Shown piece after piece: positions 42,877 through 51,510 of a DNA stretch of 64,000 nt (positions within the stretch are counted from its first letter, which is position 1; every line of letters begins with the position of its first letter). Under the pieces are notes generated by a model. It ran no database searches and had not been told where the DNA came from. It saw nothing but the letters and a program-made list of their open reading frames with translations. This DNA comes from an uncultured Chloroflexia bacterium. GTDB taxonomy: Bacteria; Chloroflexota; Anaerolineae; J036; Brachytrichaceae. A program made the position numbers and the translations under genes. Location of the stretch: NCBI GenBank assembly GCA_963764985.1, contig CAVXUI010000005.1, positions 145,569 to 209,568 of the forward strand, given 5' to 3'.

Positions 42877-43821
42877 TCAGCGTCTGGCATCGTCCTGCTC
42901 GCCAACAACGGCTTTTACAAACGTCACCCGTTCAAACAGCGTCGGTTCAAACCCAAACGGCCGAAAGAGCGGCACAGACGCGCGCAAGTGTTCGCTGCTG
43001 CCAAACTCCAAATCAATGACATCCGGACGGGTTTGAAGCATATCAAGAACACCTTTGAATATGTCGCACTCGAGCGGCGTACCCCACACGTGCTGCTCTA
43101 GCCAAAGCGTCATCCGAAGGTGTGATCTTGCCGTCCACTCGATGTGTGCCAGCCCAATGTCGCGGCCCAGCGTCATACAACGGAATAAATTGCCCTCGTT
43201 TGGCGCCAGCAACTTTAACAAATCGGCCTGCGCCAGCTCGGCGCACCAGGCGTCTCCGATGTTGCTCTCGTATGAAATCCAGTGCGTGGCCTCGTCGATT
43301 TCGTCCGCCTTGACAACCTGTTCAAACTGACACCTGTGATTGGTCATCTTCAGCAAGCCCGGGTGGCTGCGCCGCAAAAATTGTGGGCGATAGCGACGAT
43401 ACCCGGCGCGCAAGGCGGTGCGCGCGGCGCGCTGGCTTTCGGCCGCGATCAACATCCACATCCAGCCGATGCCACGCGCGCGCACCTCGGCCTCGACCAG
43501 CGCCAGCATCGATTGCGCTACACCGCGTCGCCGCATATCAGGCGTCACGGCCAATGCGCGCACGCGCGCCGCCGCCTCGCCGCGTTCGAGCACGATCAAG
43601 CCCGCCGGTTCGATGTTCATCAGGCACACGTAAAGCGTGCCGGCCACCGGCAACACCATGCTGGCGAGCGCCTCCTGGCCAAGCGGCCGGCGCATCCATT
43701 GTCCAAACACCGGGTCCAGCGCGTCAAGGTCGTCGGCGGAAATTTGGCGCAGCACGCGGCGCAGTTCGGTCAGCCGGGCAGGCACCAGCTGCGCGCCAGC
43801 GATGGGTTTTCGCACGGGCAT
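42877..43821 (-). CDS. GNAT-family N-acetyltransferase (two-domain)
   Basis: Acetyl-CoA motif region VTPDMRRRGVAQSMLALVEAEVRARG. Intact 314 aa. Confidence 0.7.
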   Translation of the reverse strand: MPVRKPIAGAQLVPARLTELRRVLRQISADDLDALDPVFGQWMRRPLGQEALASMVLPVAGTLYVCLMNIEPAGLIVLERGEAAARVRALAVTPDMRRRGVAQSMLALVEAEVRARGIGWMWMLIAAESQRAARTALRAGYRRYRPQFLRRSHPGLLKMTNHRCQFEQVVKADEIDEATHWISYESNIGDAWCAELAQADLLKLLAPNEGNLFRCMTLGRDIGLAHIEWTARSHLRMTLWLEQHVWGTPLECDIFKGVLDMLQTRPDVIDLEFGSSEHLRASVPLFRPFGFEPTLFERVTFVKAVVGEQDDARR

Positions 43822-43833
43822 ATTTTACAGACA

Positions 43834-43920
43834 GGGAAGAAGGTGCATAAAGTGCATAAGGTGCTTAAGGTTGAGCGCCGCAACCTTAAGCACCTTATGC
43901 ACTTTATGCACCTTCTTCCC
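43834..43920. repeat. Perfect 40-bp hairpin built from GTGCWTAAR units
   Basis: GGGAAGAAG GTGCATAAA GTGCATAAG GTGCTTAAG GTTG (43834-43873), 7-nt loop, exact complement at 43881-43920. Lies 12 nt from the GNAT ATG (minus strand) and 54 nt from the LCP ATG (plus strand). Confidence 0.9.
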
Positions 43921-43974
43921 TGCGTCCACCCAAAGTAGGAGGCACGTTGCCACACTGCGTGTTTTAATTGGAGT

Positions 43975-45519
43975 ATGTCAAATCGCGTCGAGCGCGCATT
44001 CGAAGCGCTGTTGATTTTGGCGGTGCTCGCCACAATCGCATTTGGAGCCACCTGGGTCAACGGTTCGCCCATCAGCCTGCGGGCGCAATCGTTGCCAGCC
44101 GTCGCAGCACCATCCGATGCGGCGGCACAGGCTGCGCCCGGCGCACAGGTGCCAGGATCAGAACCAGCCGCGGCAAATCCAACGCCGCCCGCGCCTGACC
44201 TCAACGCCACGGTCGCGGTAACCGCGACGGACACAATATCTGGCAATCTAGGCGCTGCTAGCAATGTCGCGACACCGGTCGCCTTCGATGCCAATTTTGG
44301 CGCGGACAGAATCGATGACAACGATGCGCCGCTGCTCAAGCAATCGGCTGGCACGATCAACTTTTTGTTGCTCGGCAGCGATGACTCGCCAGACGGCCGC
44401 TGGGCGCGCACCGATTCGATCATCGTCGCCAGCATCGCAACGGAAGGCCCCAGCGTCAGCATGCTCTCGTTGCCCCGCGATCTGCATGTGCGCATCCCGG
44501 GCTACGGCAAAGACCGCATCAATACCGTGTATGAGCGCGGCGTCGCCGACAATTTCCCCGGCGGCGGGCCGGCATTTGTCGCGCTGGTGCTGCGCAAGAA
44601 TTTTGGCATCCGGATCGATCACTTCGTTCAGATCGACTTTAAGGGGTTTGTGACCGCAGTCGACACGCTCGGCGGCGTTGAAGTGCTGGCCGAATGCGAG
44701 CTGCACGACACTTTTCCCGATCCGGCGAATCCGAAGTCAAAGGTTGGCATTGATCTGGATGTTTATCCGGGCAAAGTCAAGCTGACCGGCCAACAGGCAC
44801 TGTGGTTCTCGCGCTCGCGCTGGAGCACCAGTGACTTCGACCGTGCGCGCCGCCAGCAAAAGGTGCTGCGCGCAGCACTGCGCAAAGCCAAAGAGTCGAA
44901 CCAATTGGCAAATGCGCTCGGTTTGTTTGGCGAGCTCCGGCAATACATTTCGACCGATGTTGGCATCACGGACATTCCGGCGTTTATCGCAATTGCGCAA
45001 GGGCTGGATAACCTGGCCATCAAGAGCCGCGTGATTACGTTCCCGGTTGTCAAGACGCTGGTGCGCAACGATGGCGCCTATGTGTTGGACCCGCAGCCGG
45101 ATATCTTGGCCTACGTGGCCGAGGCGCTCGCGCCGCCGGCCGCCAACCGCACTCAAACGCGCATTGGCGTGGAGGTGGTCAACGGCTCGTCCAAGCAGGA
45201 TATGGAATTAGTCGCAGCCGAGCGATTGGCGTGGGAGGGCTTTGCAGTGCTTGAAATATCCAAGATCGACGAGCGCTTCCCGGAGACGCAGGTGATCGAC
45301 TACGGCACCACGCCAAAAGCTTCTTCGATTCCGCGCCTATCGAGCATCTTTTCGGTGCAGCGCAAGAATGTGATCGGCGCAGCCGATCCGAGCAGCAAGG
45401 CTGCCGCCCGCATCGTGATTGGCGAGAATTACAACTCCTGTCCGAACACCGCCAGCATCGCCGGCGATGTCGTGGTCGGCAAACAGGACGTAAAACAGGT
45501 CGATACCCCGACGCCCTAA
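43975..45519 (+). CDS. LCP (LytR-CpsA-Psr) family glycopolymer transferase with a LytR_C domain
   Basis: TM segment, NFLLLGSDDSPDGRWARTDSIIVASI, SLPRDLHVRIPGYGKDRINTVY, and a C-terminal IGVEVVNGSSKQ domain. Confidence 0.8.
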   Translation: MSNRVERAFEALLILAVLATIAFGATWVNGSPISLRAQSLPAVAAPSDAAAQAAPGAQVPGSEPAAANPTPPAPDLNATVAVTATDTISGNLGAASNVATPVAFDANFGADRIDDNDAPLLKQSAGTINFLLLGSDDSPDGRWARTDSIIVASIATEGPSVSMLSLPRDLHVRIPGYGKDRINTVYERGVADNFPGGGPAFVALVLRKNFGIRIDHFVQIDFKGFVTAVDTLGGVEVLAECELHDTFPDPANPKSKVGIDLDVYPGKVKLTGQQALWFSRSRWSTSDFDRARRQQKVLRAALRKAKESNQLANALGLFGELRQYISTDVGITDIPAFIAIAQGLDNLAIKSRVITFPVVKTLVRNDGAYVLDPQPDILAYVAEALAPPAANRTQTRIGVEVVNGSSKQDMELVAAERLAWEGFAVLEISKIDERFPETQVIDYGTTPKASSIPRLSSIFSVQRKNVIGAADPSSKAAARIVIGENYNSCPNTASIAGDVVVGKQDVKQVDTPTP

Positions 45520-45540
45520 CAGTGCAAACCTGGGCGTTTC

Positions 45541-45588
45541 AGAAGCCGGGAATAAGCCCGGCATATGCCGGGCTTATTCCCGGCTTCT
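45541..45588. repeat. Loop-less perfect 48-nt palindrome between convergent genes (possible terminator)
   Basis: AGAAGCCGGGAATAAGCCCGGCAT followed by ATGCCGGGCTTATTCCCGGCTTCT. Its right end is flush with the minus-strand TAA at 45589-45591. Confidence 0.85.
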
Positions 45589-46197
45589 TTACCCCTGTAC
45601 CAACACTGCGCCGAGCAAGTGCGCGTGTGCCTTTTCCAGGCCGAGTTTGGCCTGCTGCACATCCTCGCGACGGGTTTTGTTGGCCGTTACGATCAGCAAC
45701 GCGGCGTCGGTGAGCGCTGCCAGAAGCATGGCATCGGTGTGCAACGCGGTAGACGCGGTGCTGATCAGGACCAAATCAGCCTGCGCCGCCAGCGTCTGCA
45801 ACAGCTGCGGCAACCGGGCCGAACTGAGCGCGTCGGACGCAATCGCAGATGCGCTGCCGGCGCTCAGCAGGCGCAGGCCACTGACACTGGTAGCTTGCAG
45901 GTTCGACGCCCCACCCTGCACAGCTTCGATCAAGCCGCTTATATTTTGTACGCCGAGCAACGTATGCAGCACAGGCGCACGCAGGTTGGCATCCACCAGG
46001 ATGATGCGTTTGTCGACCTGCGCGCACACCACGGCCAGGTTTGCGGCCGCCTTCGCTGCCGCGTCGGCGCTGTCCGGCGACGCGATCAAGATCGACTTAA
46101 GCGGCCGCGCCAACGCCGCAAACTGCAAATTCGCGCGCAGCGTGCGATACGCTTCGGCCACGCTGGCATTCGGCTGAGTTAGGGTGATCAAGCTCAT
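45589..46197 (-). CDS. CapB/Wzc-type BY-kinase homolog with degenerate catalytic motifs (predicted inactive)
   Basis: Family framework AEAYRTLRANLQF..ILVDANLRAP..LRLLSAG. Walker A is replaced by SPDSADAAAKAA. The Walker B position reads VLISTAS. There is no C-terminal Tyr cluster (a single Tyr in 202 aa). Confidence 0.65.
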   Translation of the reverse strand: MSLITLTQPNASVAEAYRTLRANLQFAALARPLKSILIASPDSADAAAKAAANLAVVCAQVDKRIILVDANLRAPVLHTLLGVQNISGLIEAVQGGASNLQATSVSGLRLLSAGSASAIASDALSSARLPQLLQTLAAQADLVLISTASTALHTDAMLLAALTDAALLIVTANKTRREDVQQAKLGLEKAHAHLLGAVLVQG

Positions 46198-46199
46198 AG

Positions 46200-46850
46200 T
46201 TATTCGGCCGGAATTGTGGCCAATACTGGCAGTTCAAGCTGGCGCTCAACATCGGCGCGCGAACGAATAAATGCAGCTGCGAGAGATTCAAGCAGCGCGA
46301 TGGCCGCCACGCCCAGCACACAGCCCAGCAATCCGCCAGCCAGCGTGTTGATTGATGTGCGCGGCCGATCCTGGCTGTAGCGCGGCGGGTCACCGCGCAC
46401 GATATTCACCTGGTCTTCGCGGCGTTGTTTTGTGTTTTCTTTGTTGCGATATTCAATGAGCAAATCGGACCAGGTCCGCGCGATGTTGTTCGCAGTTTCG
46501 CCGTTTGGATCGGTCACCTGAATCTCAATCCCAAAGCTGGCCGCATCGTCGGCCATTTTGGTGTTGCCGTAGATTGTGGCCGGGTGATAGTCCAGCGCCA
46601 ATCGCTGCGCGACTTCAGCCGCGTTTGTCTCCGTCCAGATTATCTGGATATACGACAACAGCAACGTTTTTGCTGACTGCGTCAACCCGAAATCGGTGCG
46701 CGCCGGTTGCACGGTCAATTTGATGCTGGACTTGTAAATCGGCGTCTGTAGTTTGCTAAACACATAGCCAGCCAGCGCGCCAATCAGCGCCACCAGCACA
46801 ATCACCCAGCCGCGTTGCCGGATGACCCGGATGTAATCTGTAAGTTCCAT
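46200..46850 (-). CDS. Wzz/chain-length-determinant (PCP) family protein
   Basis: N-terminus MELTDYIRVIRQRGWVIVLVALIGALAGY, plus a C-terminal TM segment. Intact 216 aa. Confidence 0.7.
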   Translation of the reverse strand: MELTDYIRVIRQRGWVIVLVALIGALAGYVFSKLQTPIYKSSIKLTVQPARTDFGLTQSAKTLLLSYIQIIWTETNAAEVAQRLALDYHPATIYGNTKMADDAASFGIEIQVTDPNGETANNIARTWSDLLIEYRNKENTKQRREDQVNIVRGDPPRYSQDRPRTSINTLAGGLLGCVLGVAAIALLESLAAAFIRSRADVERQLELPVLATIPAE

Positions 46851-47520
46851 CTATCGAATTTCTCCAAACACCGGCACGCCGAGCTGTTCGACATCGCGTC
46901 CGTGGCGCACGAGCGGATCCAAATAGTGCCAGGCAAAGACCGCCAGCACGCCGGCGATCAACCCGAGCAGCGCGCGCATAGGCAGATCGAAGCGCGAGCG
47001 CAACGCTGGCGGAATCGGTGTGGCCAGCGGTTCGTCCAGCAGACGCACCGGGGCAGCATCTGTGCCGCTCAGCTGCGGCCAATACTCCTGCGCGTTGGAC
47101 GAAAGTTCAGCAACGACCGCGCGCGCAATATCCACCCCTTGCGCTGGATCGGGCCAGGTCACAGTGACTTTGAGATAGCTCGCCGTGAATTCGCTGCGGA
47201 TCGCGCCGACCGGCACCACAACGGCTTGCGCAGCCAGCCGTTTTGAGACGTTTTCCGCAAACTTGCCTGTTTCAGAAGCCTGCGACAACGCCGCGCGTGA
47301 TGTATTCGGACGCCAGCCAGTTGTAGTGGCGGTCATAGCTGTAGGCATCGCGGGCCGGCGCCTCGGGTGGCAACCCGGCGGAAAAGCGCATGCTCACAGC
47401 GTAACCGGGCGAGACGGCTGGCGCAGTTGTGGCCAGAGTCAACGCCACAATCAGCAACGCCGGCAGCGGGATCAGCCACCAGCGTTGGCGCAGGATGTGC
47501 AAGTATTCGAGCAACGACAT
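46851..47520 (-). CDS. Second Wzz/PCP family protein; one frame break near 47300
   Basis: ATG 47520 (MSLLEYLHILRQRWWLIPLPALLIVAL) in ORF 47272-47670 joins ORF 46851-47348, which has a C-terminal TM segment LLGLIAGVLAVFAW. Its stop abuts the next gene's ATG. Confidence 0.65.
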
Positions 47521-47614
47521 GTTTTGGCGCGATTTGACGCGCAGGGGCAAGCCTAACACGCGCCCGCGTACGGCTCCCGTACCGCCCGCCATACGGGTGA
47601 AGCGCGGCGCTTCG

Positions 47615-48676
47615 TTACACCAAATCGTCGCGCTTGCGGCGTTTGAGCTCATCGACGACTCTTTTGACATCCTGCACGCGGTCGAGCGAGCAGATCAGCA
47701 GCGCATCCGGTGTGTCGATGATGGCCAGACGCGCCACGCCGATCGTCGCGATCATGCGGCCATCAGTCCCGCGCACCAGCGTGTCAAACGTGTCGATGCT
47801 GACGTGCTCGCCATCGATGGCGTTATCGTGCACGTCCTTTGGCAGCGCATCCATCAGGGCCGCCCATGAGCCAATATCGCTCCAGCCGATGTCGACCGGG
47901 ATTACGGCCAGTTTCTGTGCGTTCTCCATGATCGCATAGTCGACCGACAGCTTTGGCGAGATCGACCAGGCCACCTGCAGCGCGTCAGAATATGTCGGCG
48001 TGCCAATGTGTTGCTGCATGGCCTGCAATGCCTGCGCAAACACCGCGTGCTGACGCGCGTATTCGTCCATGCCAGTGGCGGCCTTCATGATAAACATGCC
48101 GCTGTTCCACGAGTGCACGCCACCTGCCAGATACTGTTCGGCGATTTCCTCGCGCGGCTTTTCTGTAAAGCGCAGGGCTTCATAGACGCCGTTGCGCAGC
48201 TCAGCGCCACGTTCGATATAGCCAAAACCAGTCGAGGCAAACGTTGGGTTGATGCCGATCAGCACAATGTGACCACTCTGCGCCTGGCTCTCAGCCTGCG
48301 CCAGCGTTGTGTGAAACGCGGCGAGGTTTGTGATGTGGTGATCGGCCGAAAGAATTGCCACAGTGGCTTCGGCGTCAGCGGCGTGGATGTGCGCCAGGCC
48401 AAGCGCGGCAGCCGGCCCGGAATCGCGAGCGTTCGGCTCGATGACGTAATTTGATGCTGGGATGCCAGGCACCTGTTGCTTAAATATTTCCGCCATGTCG
48501 GCGTTTGTGACAACCCAGACGCGGTCGAGCGTAATCAGAGGTTCCAGCCGTTCAGCAGTGACGCGAAACATGCTTCGTTCCTCGAGCAGGGGCAATGCTT
48601 GCTTTGGTGTTTGCTTGCGACTGAGCGGCCACATGCGCGTGCCGCTGCCGCCAGCCATGATCAATGCGTGATACAT
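47615..48676 (-). CDS. Mannose-1-phosphate guanylyltransferase-like nucleotidyltransferase
   Basis: MYHALIMAGGSGTRMWPLSR. Intact 353 aa. Confidence 0.75.
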   Translation of the reverse strand: MYHALIMAGGSGTRMWPLSRKQTPKQALPLLEERSMFRVTAERLEPLITLDRVWVVTNADMAEIFKQQVPGIPASNYVIEPNARDSGPAAALGLAHIHAADAEATVAILSADHHITNLAAFHTTLAQAESQAQSGHIVLIGINPTFASTGFGYIERGAELRNGVYEALRFTEKPREEIAEQYLAGGVHSWNSGMFIMKAATGMDEYARQHAVFAQALQAMQQHIGTPTYSDALQVAWSISPKLSVDYAIMENAQKLAVIPVDIGWSDIGSWAALMDALPKDVHDNAIDGEHVSIDTFDTLVRGTDGRMIATIGVARLAIIDTPDALLICSLDRVQDVKRVVDELKRRKRDDLV

Positions 48677-48699
48677 AGGGCGCTAAGTTTAGCGCCTGT

Positions 48700-49452
48700 T
48701 CAGCCGCTGCGCAGGACACCCGGTCCGGTTGGCCCGGGGCTGCCGCCGGCAGGCTCCAGGCTGATACCAAAACGAATATAGGTCTTCATCGGTCTGGGCG
48801 AAGTGACCAGCAGCGTGCGCTTGTCCTTCGAACCGGCAAAGACAACGCCACTGTCGCGCTTGCCGTTGGCGTCAACCAGCCAGAGCTGGAAGTTCTTGTC
48901 GGTCGGCACCTCGGGCAGATCCCCGACTTCGAGCGCGGCCACAAAGTCGTCCGGGTTGAACTTGATCTGCCCCCAGGCATTCGTGGCCTGGCCAGGGCCA
49001 ACCGGGTTGAGTTTACGGGCGTTGGCGCCCCGCGCCGCGATGTGCTGCGCAAAAACTGATGGATCGCTGCTGGGTGCGGCTGGCACAAGTCGCGACAGCA
49101 GCCCGGTACCGAGGCCGACCAGCGCCAGCAGCGCGAGCATAAGCCGGGGCGTGAGCAACGGCGCGCCAAACCAGCGCCGCAAGCGGCGCAACGGCGATTC
49201 GGTCTGTCTGCTATTTCCAGCGTCCTGCTTGGCCGCCGCAACCAGCGTGGCGCGAAGCGCGGCAGGCGCGCGCTGGCGCGGCACATTGCGGGCAAGATCG
49301 TCGGTGAGGGCTTGATAGGCGGCGAGTTTGGCGCGGCAACCCGGGCAATCATCCAGGCGCGCGGCTACAGCCAGGCGCTCGCTTTCGTCAAGCACGCCCA
49401 TGGCAAACTCCGGCAATAACGCCTCAACTTCTTCACACGTCAACATCGTCAT
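48700..49452 (-). CDS. Anti-sigma factor (zf-HC2 N-terminus, RskA-like C-terminus)
   Basis: [11 protein letters not shown]...[10 protein letters not shown], a TM segment, and C-terminal [18 protein letters not shown]. Its ATG overlaps the sigma gene stop (ATGA). Confidence 0.75.
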   Translation of the reverse strand: MTMLTCEEVEALLPEFAMGVLDESERLAVAARLDDCPGCRAKLAAYQALTDDLARNVPRQRAPAALRATLVAAAKQDAGNSRQTESPLRRLRRWFGAPLLTPRLMLALLALVGLGTGLLSRLVPAAPSSDPSVFAQHIAARGANARKLNPVGPGQATNAWGQIKFNPDDFVAALEVGDLPEVPTDKNFQLWLVDANGKRDSGVVFAGSKDKRTLLVTSPRPMKTYIRFGISLEPAGGSPGPTGPGVLRSG

Positions 49453-49992
49453 GGCTTCCCTGTCTGCTTCAGTGCGTTACGTAGTTTCTCCATGCCCAGC
49501 CGAAAGCGCGTCTTGACTGTCCCAAGCGGCCACTTAAGGTGCGCCGCAATTTCGCTCTGGCTAAGGCCATGATAATAAGTCAGTACCGATCACTTGTCGC
49601 TGCTCGTCTGGCAGATCGTGCATCGACGCGCTCATTTCCTCCCACTGCAACGCTGCCGTTTGGCGCGCATCTTGAACCTGCGGCGCGTCATCGTTGTCCA
49701 TCGAAAACGCGCTTTCAACCTGCCGCCGCTCACGCCGCAGCCGGTCGATCGACTGATTGCGCGTCATCGTCAGCAGCCATGCGGAGAAGCGATTATCGTC
49801 AAACAGATAGCGCTCCGGATGTGTCCAGATCTTGATGAACACATCCTGCGTCACTTCCTGCGCGCGCGTTTCATCCCGCAGGATCGCCGCAGCCAATGAA
49901 AACACCTGATCGCCATGCCGGTCATACAAGTGTCCGAGTGCTGCGGCATCACGCTGTTTGATCTGCCGCATTAGCTCTTCGTCACTCGTCAT
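49449..49992 (-). CDS. ECF-type RNA polymerase sigma factor; one frame break near 49570
   Basis: ATG 49992 ([27 protein letters not shown]). Region 2 [10 protein letters not shown]. After the shift, region 4 reads [34 protein letters not shown]. Confidence 0.75.
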
Positions 49993-50113
49993 GCCACCGG
50001 CAATTGTGGCGCAAAACGCAAAAATCGCACATACCGGCCGGGCGCATTGCTGAACCCGGCCGGTATGTGCGATTTGGCGCCTCTTCACGCCCCCCAATCG
50101 CGCCGTTGCAACG

Positions 50114-51280
50114 CTACTGCGGCATCAGCACCTCGCCGGTAGGCCGCAGCACGAACCACACGCTATTGACGTTTTGTCCCTTCAAGTCGCCTGCTGCGGC
50201 ATCTTCGACATAGTAATACAGCGGCATCTTGTTGTAAGTCACCTGCAACGAGCCGTCTTTGCGCTTGACTGTGCCAAGCAGTTCAGCCTTTGCGCCGGTT
50301 CCAACTGTCGGCGCAACTTCGGTCAGCACCGGCGGCCAGGCCACGGCGCACTTGTCGTAGCACGCGCTCTCGCCGTTGGTGTCTTTTGTGAACATGTAGA
50401 CCGAACGGCCTTTCTGATCCACCAGAATGTCGCCATAGATCGTCTTTCCCGCAGATACTTTGGCGATCACCGGCAGCTTGCCCTTGATCGCGGCGCCAGT
50501 CGGCTTGAGCATCCACCACACGTCGCCGACGCCTTGCCCGGTCCAGTCGCCGGAAGCTTTGTCGCTGACGAAGTAGTACACCGGCTGGCCGGCATAGGTC
50601 ACCTGCAGCTTACCGTCTTTGCGTTTGGTGGTGCCGAGCAGGCTGGCTTTGACGCCGCTATCGGCCTGGGGCGCGACATCGGTCAGCAGCGGCGGCCAGG
50701 CGGTTGCACACGCGTCATAGCAGTTGCTGACGTTCTTGGCATCTTTTGTGAACAGATACAGCGCACGGCCATTTGGACCGATCAACGCCTCGCCAAGCGG
50801 CGACTTTGTCTGGCCGACATACGAGACGATACGCTTGTCCAGCGCGCCGGCCGCGTTCAACACATACCAGACCTTGCCGACATCCTGACCCTTGACTTCG
50901 CCCGGCTTGTTGTCAAGATACCAGTAATACAGCGGCCAACCGTTGTACGTGGCCTGCAGCTTGCCATCTTTGCGCGTGGTGGTGCCAAGCAAGGCCTGAT
51001 CGACGCCCGCGGCCGCCGTGAGCGCACCATCAACATACAGCGGCGGCCAAGCCACGGCGCAGCGGTCGTAGCACACGCTTGGGCCGCCCTGAGTGTCTCT
51101 CGTATACATATAGAGCGACAGGCCATCGGCGGCGACGAGCACACGGCCGAGCGGCGTCGCGCCGAGCTTGACCTGGGTGCCGGTCTGCGCCTGGCTGGCG
51201 GTTGGCAGGCTCACGCACAGGCTGGCGAATGCTGCGGCTGCGAGCAACAGCCGTGTGACAATGGCTTTTCTTACAAACAT
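50114..51280 (-). CDS. Secreted protein with three tandem copies of a two-module repeat (Yx[FWY]xxD lipoprotein-type repeat, PF03640-like)
   Basis: GGAGG lies 8 nt upstream of ATG 51280. Signal peptide MFVRKAIVTRLLLAAAAFASL. Three repeats of [G..LY.[YF]T.D....S.CYD.CA.AWPP] + [LLGT..RKDG.LQ.TY...P.YY[WFY]..D]. The ORF start at 51514 is an upstream over-extension. Confidence 0.7.
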   Translation of the reverse strand: MFVRKAIVTRLLLAAAAFASLCVSLPTASQAQTGTQVKLGATPLGRVLVAADGLSLYMYTRDTQGGPSVCYDRCAVAWPPLYVDGALTAAAGVDQALLGTTTRKDGKLQATYNGWPLYYWYLDNKPGEVKGQDVGKVWYVLNAAGALDKRIVSYVGQTKSPLGEALIGPNGRALYLFTKDAKNVSNCYDACATAWPPLLTDVAPQADSGVKASLLGTTKRKDGKLQVTYAGQPVYYFVSDKASGDWTGQGVGDVWWMLKPTGAAIKGKLPVIAKVSAGKTIYGDILVDQKGRSVYMFTKDTNGESACYDKCAVAWPPVLTEVAPTVGTGAKAELLGTVKRKDGSLQVTYNKMPLYYYVEDAAAGDLKGQNVNSVWFVLRPTGEVLMPQ

Positions 51281-51510
51281 TAAGTAATCCTCCGAAACAG
51301 GTGATGCGGATGCAAGCAAATGCAACAAACGCATCAGTAGAAGATGCAACACGGCAATGATCCCTGCCTCGTTTGTAACGATTCGCCGGCCAAATAGCCC
51401 GTCACATGAAACGCGCATGTGTGATCTGCCGTGTGCTGTTACTAGAGATAACGAGGCCACACGCGGAATTGGATCTGTTTGCGACGCGTCATTTTGGCGG
51501 CGTCCGCGCA

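Noticed and set aside
50174-51283. Long ORFs antisense to confidently assigned genes: 50174-51283 (+), 60492-61904 (+), 59235-60449 (+), 43282-43938 (+), 35040-35711 (+), 10215-11081 (-), 11310-12059 (-) and 2105-2914 (-).
   Set aside because: These are typical high-GC shadow ORFs. Their composition is Arg/Ala/Gly/Pro-rich, they carry no recognisable motifs, and each is fully overlapped by a gene with strong family signatures on the other strand.
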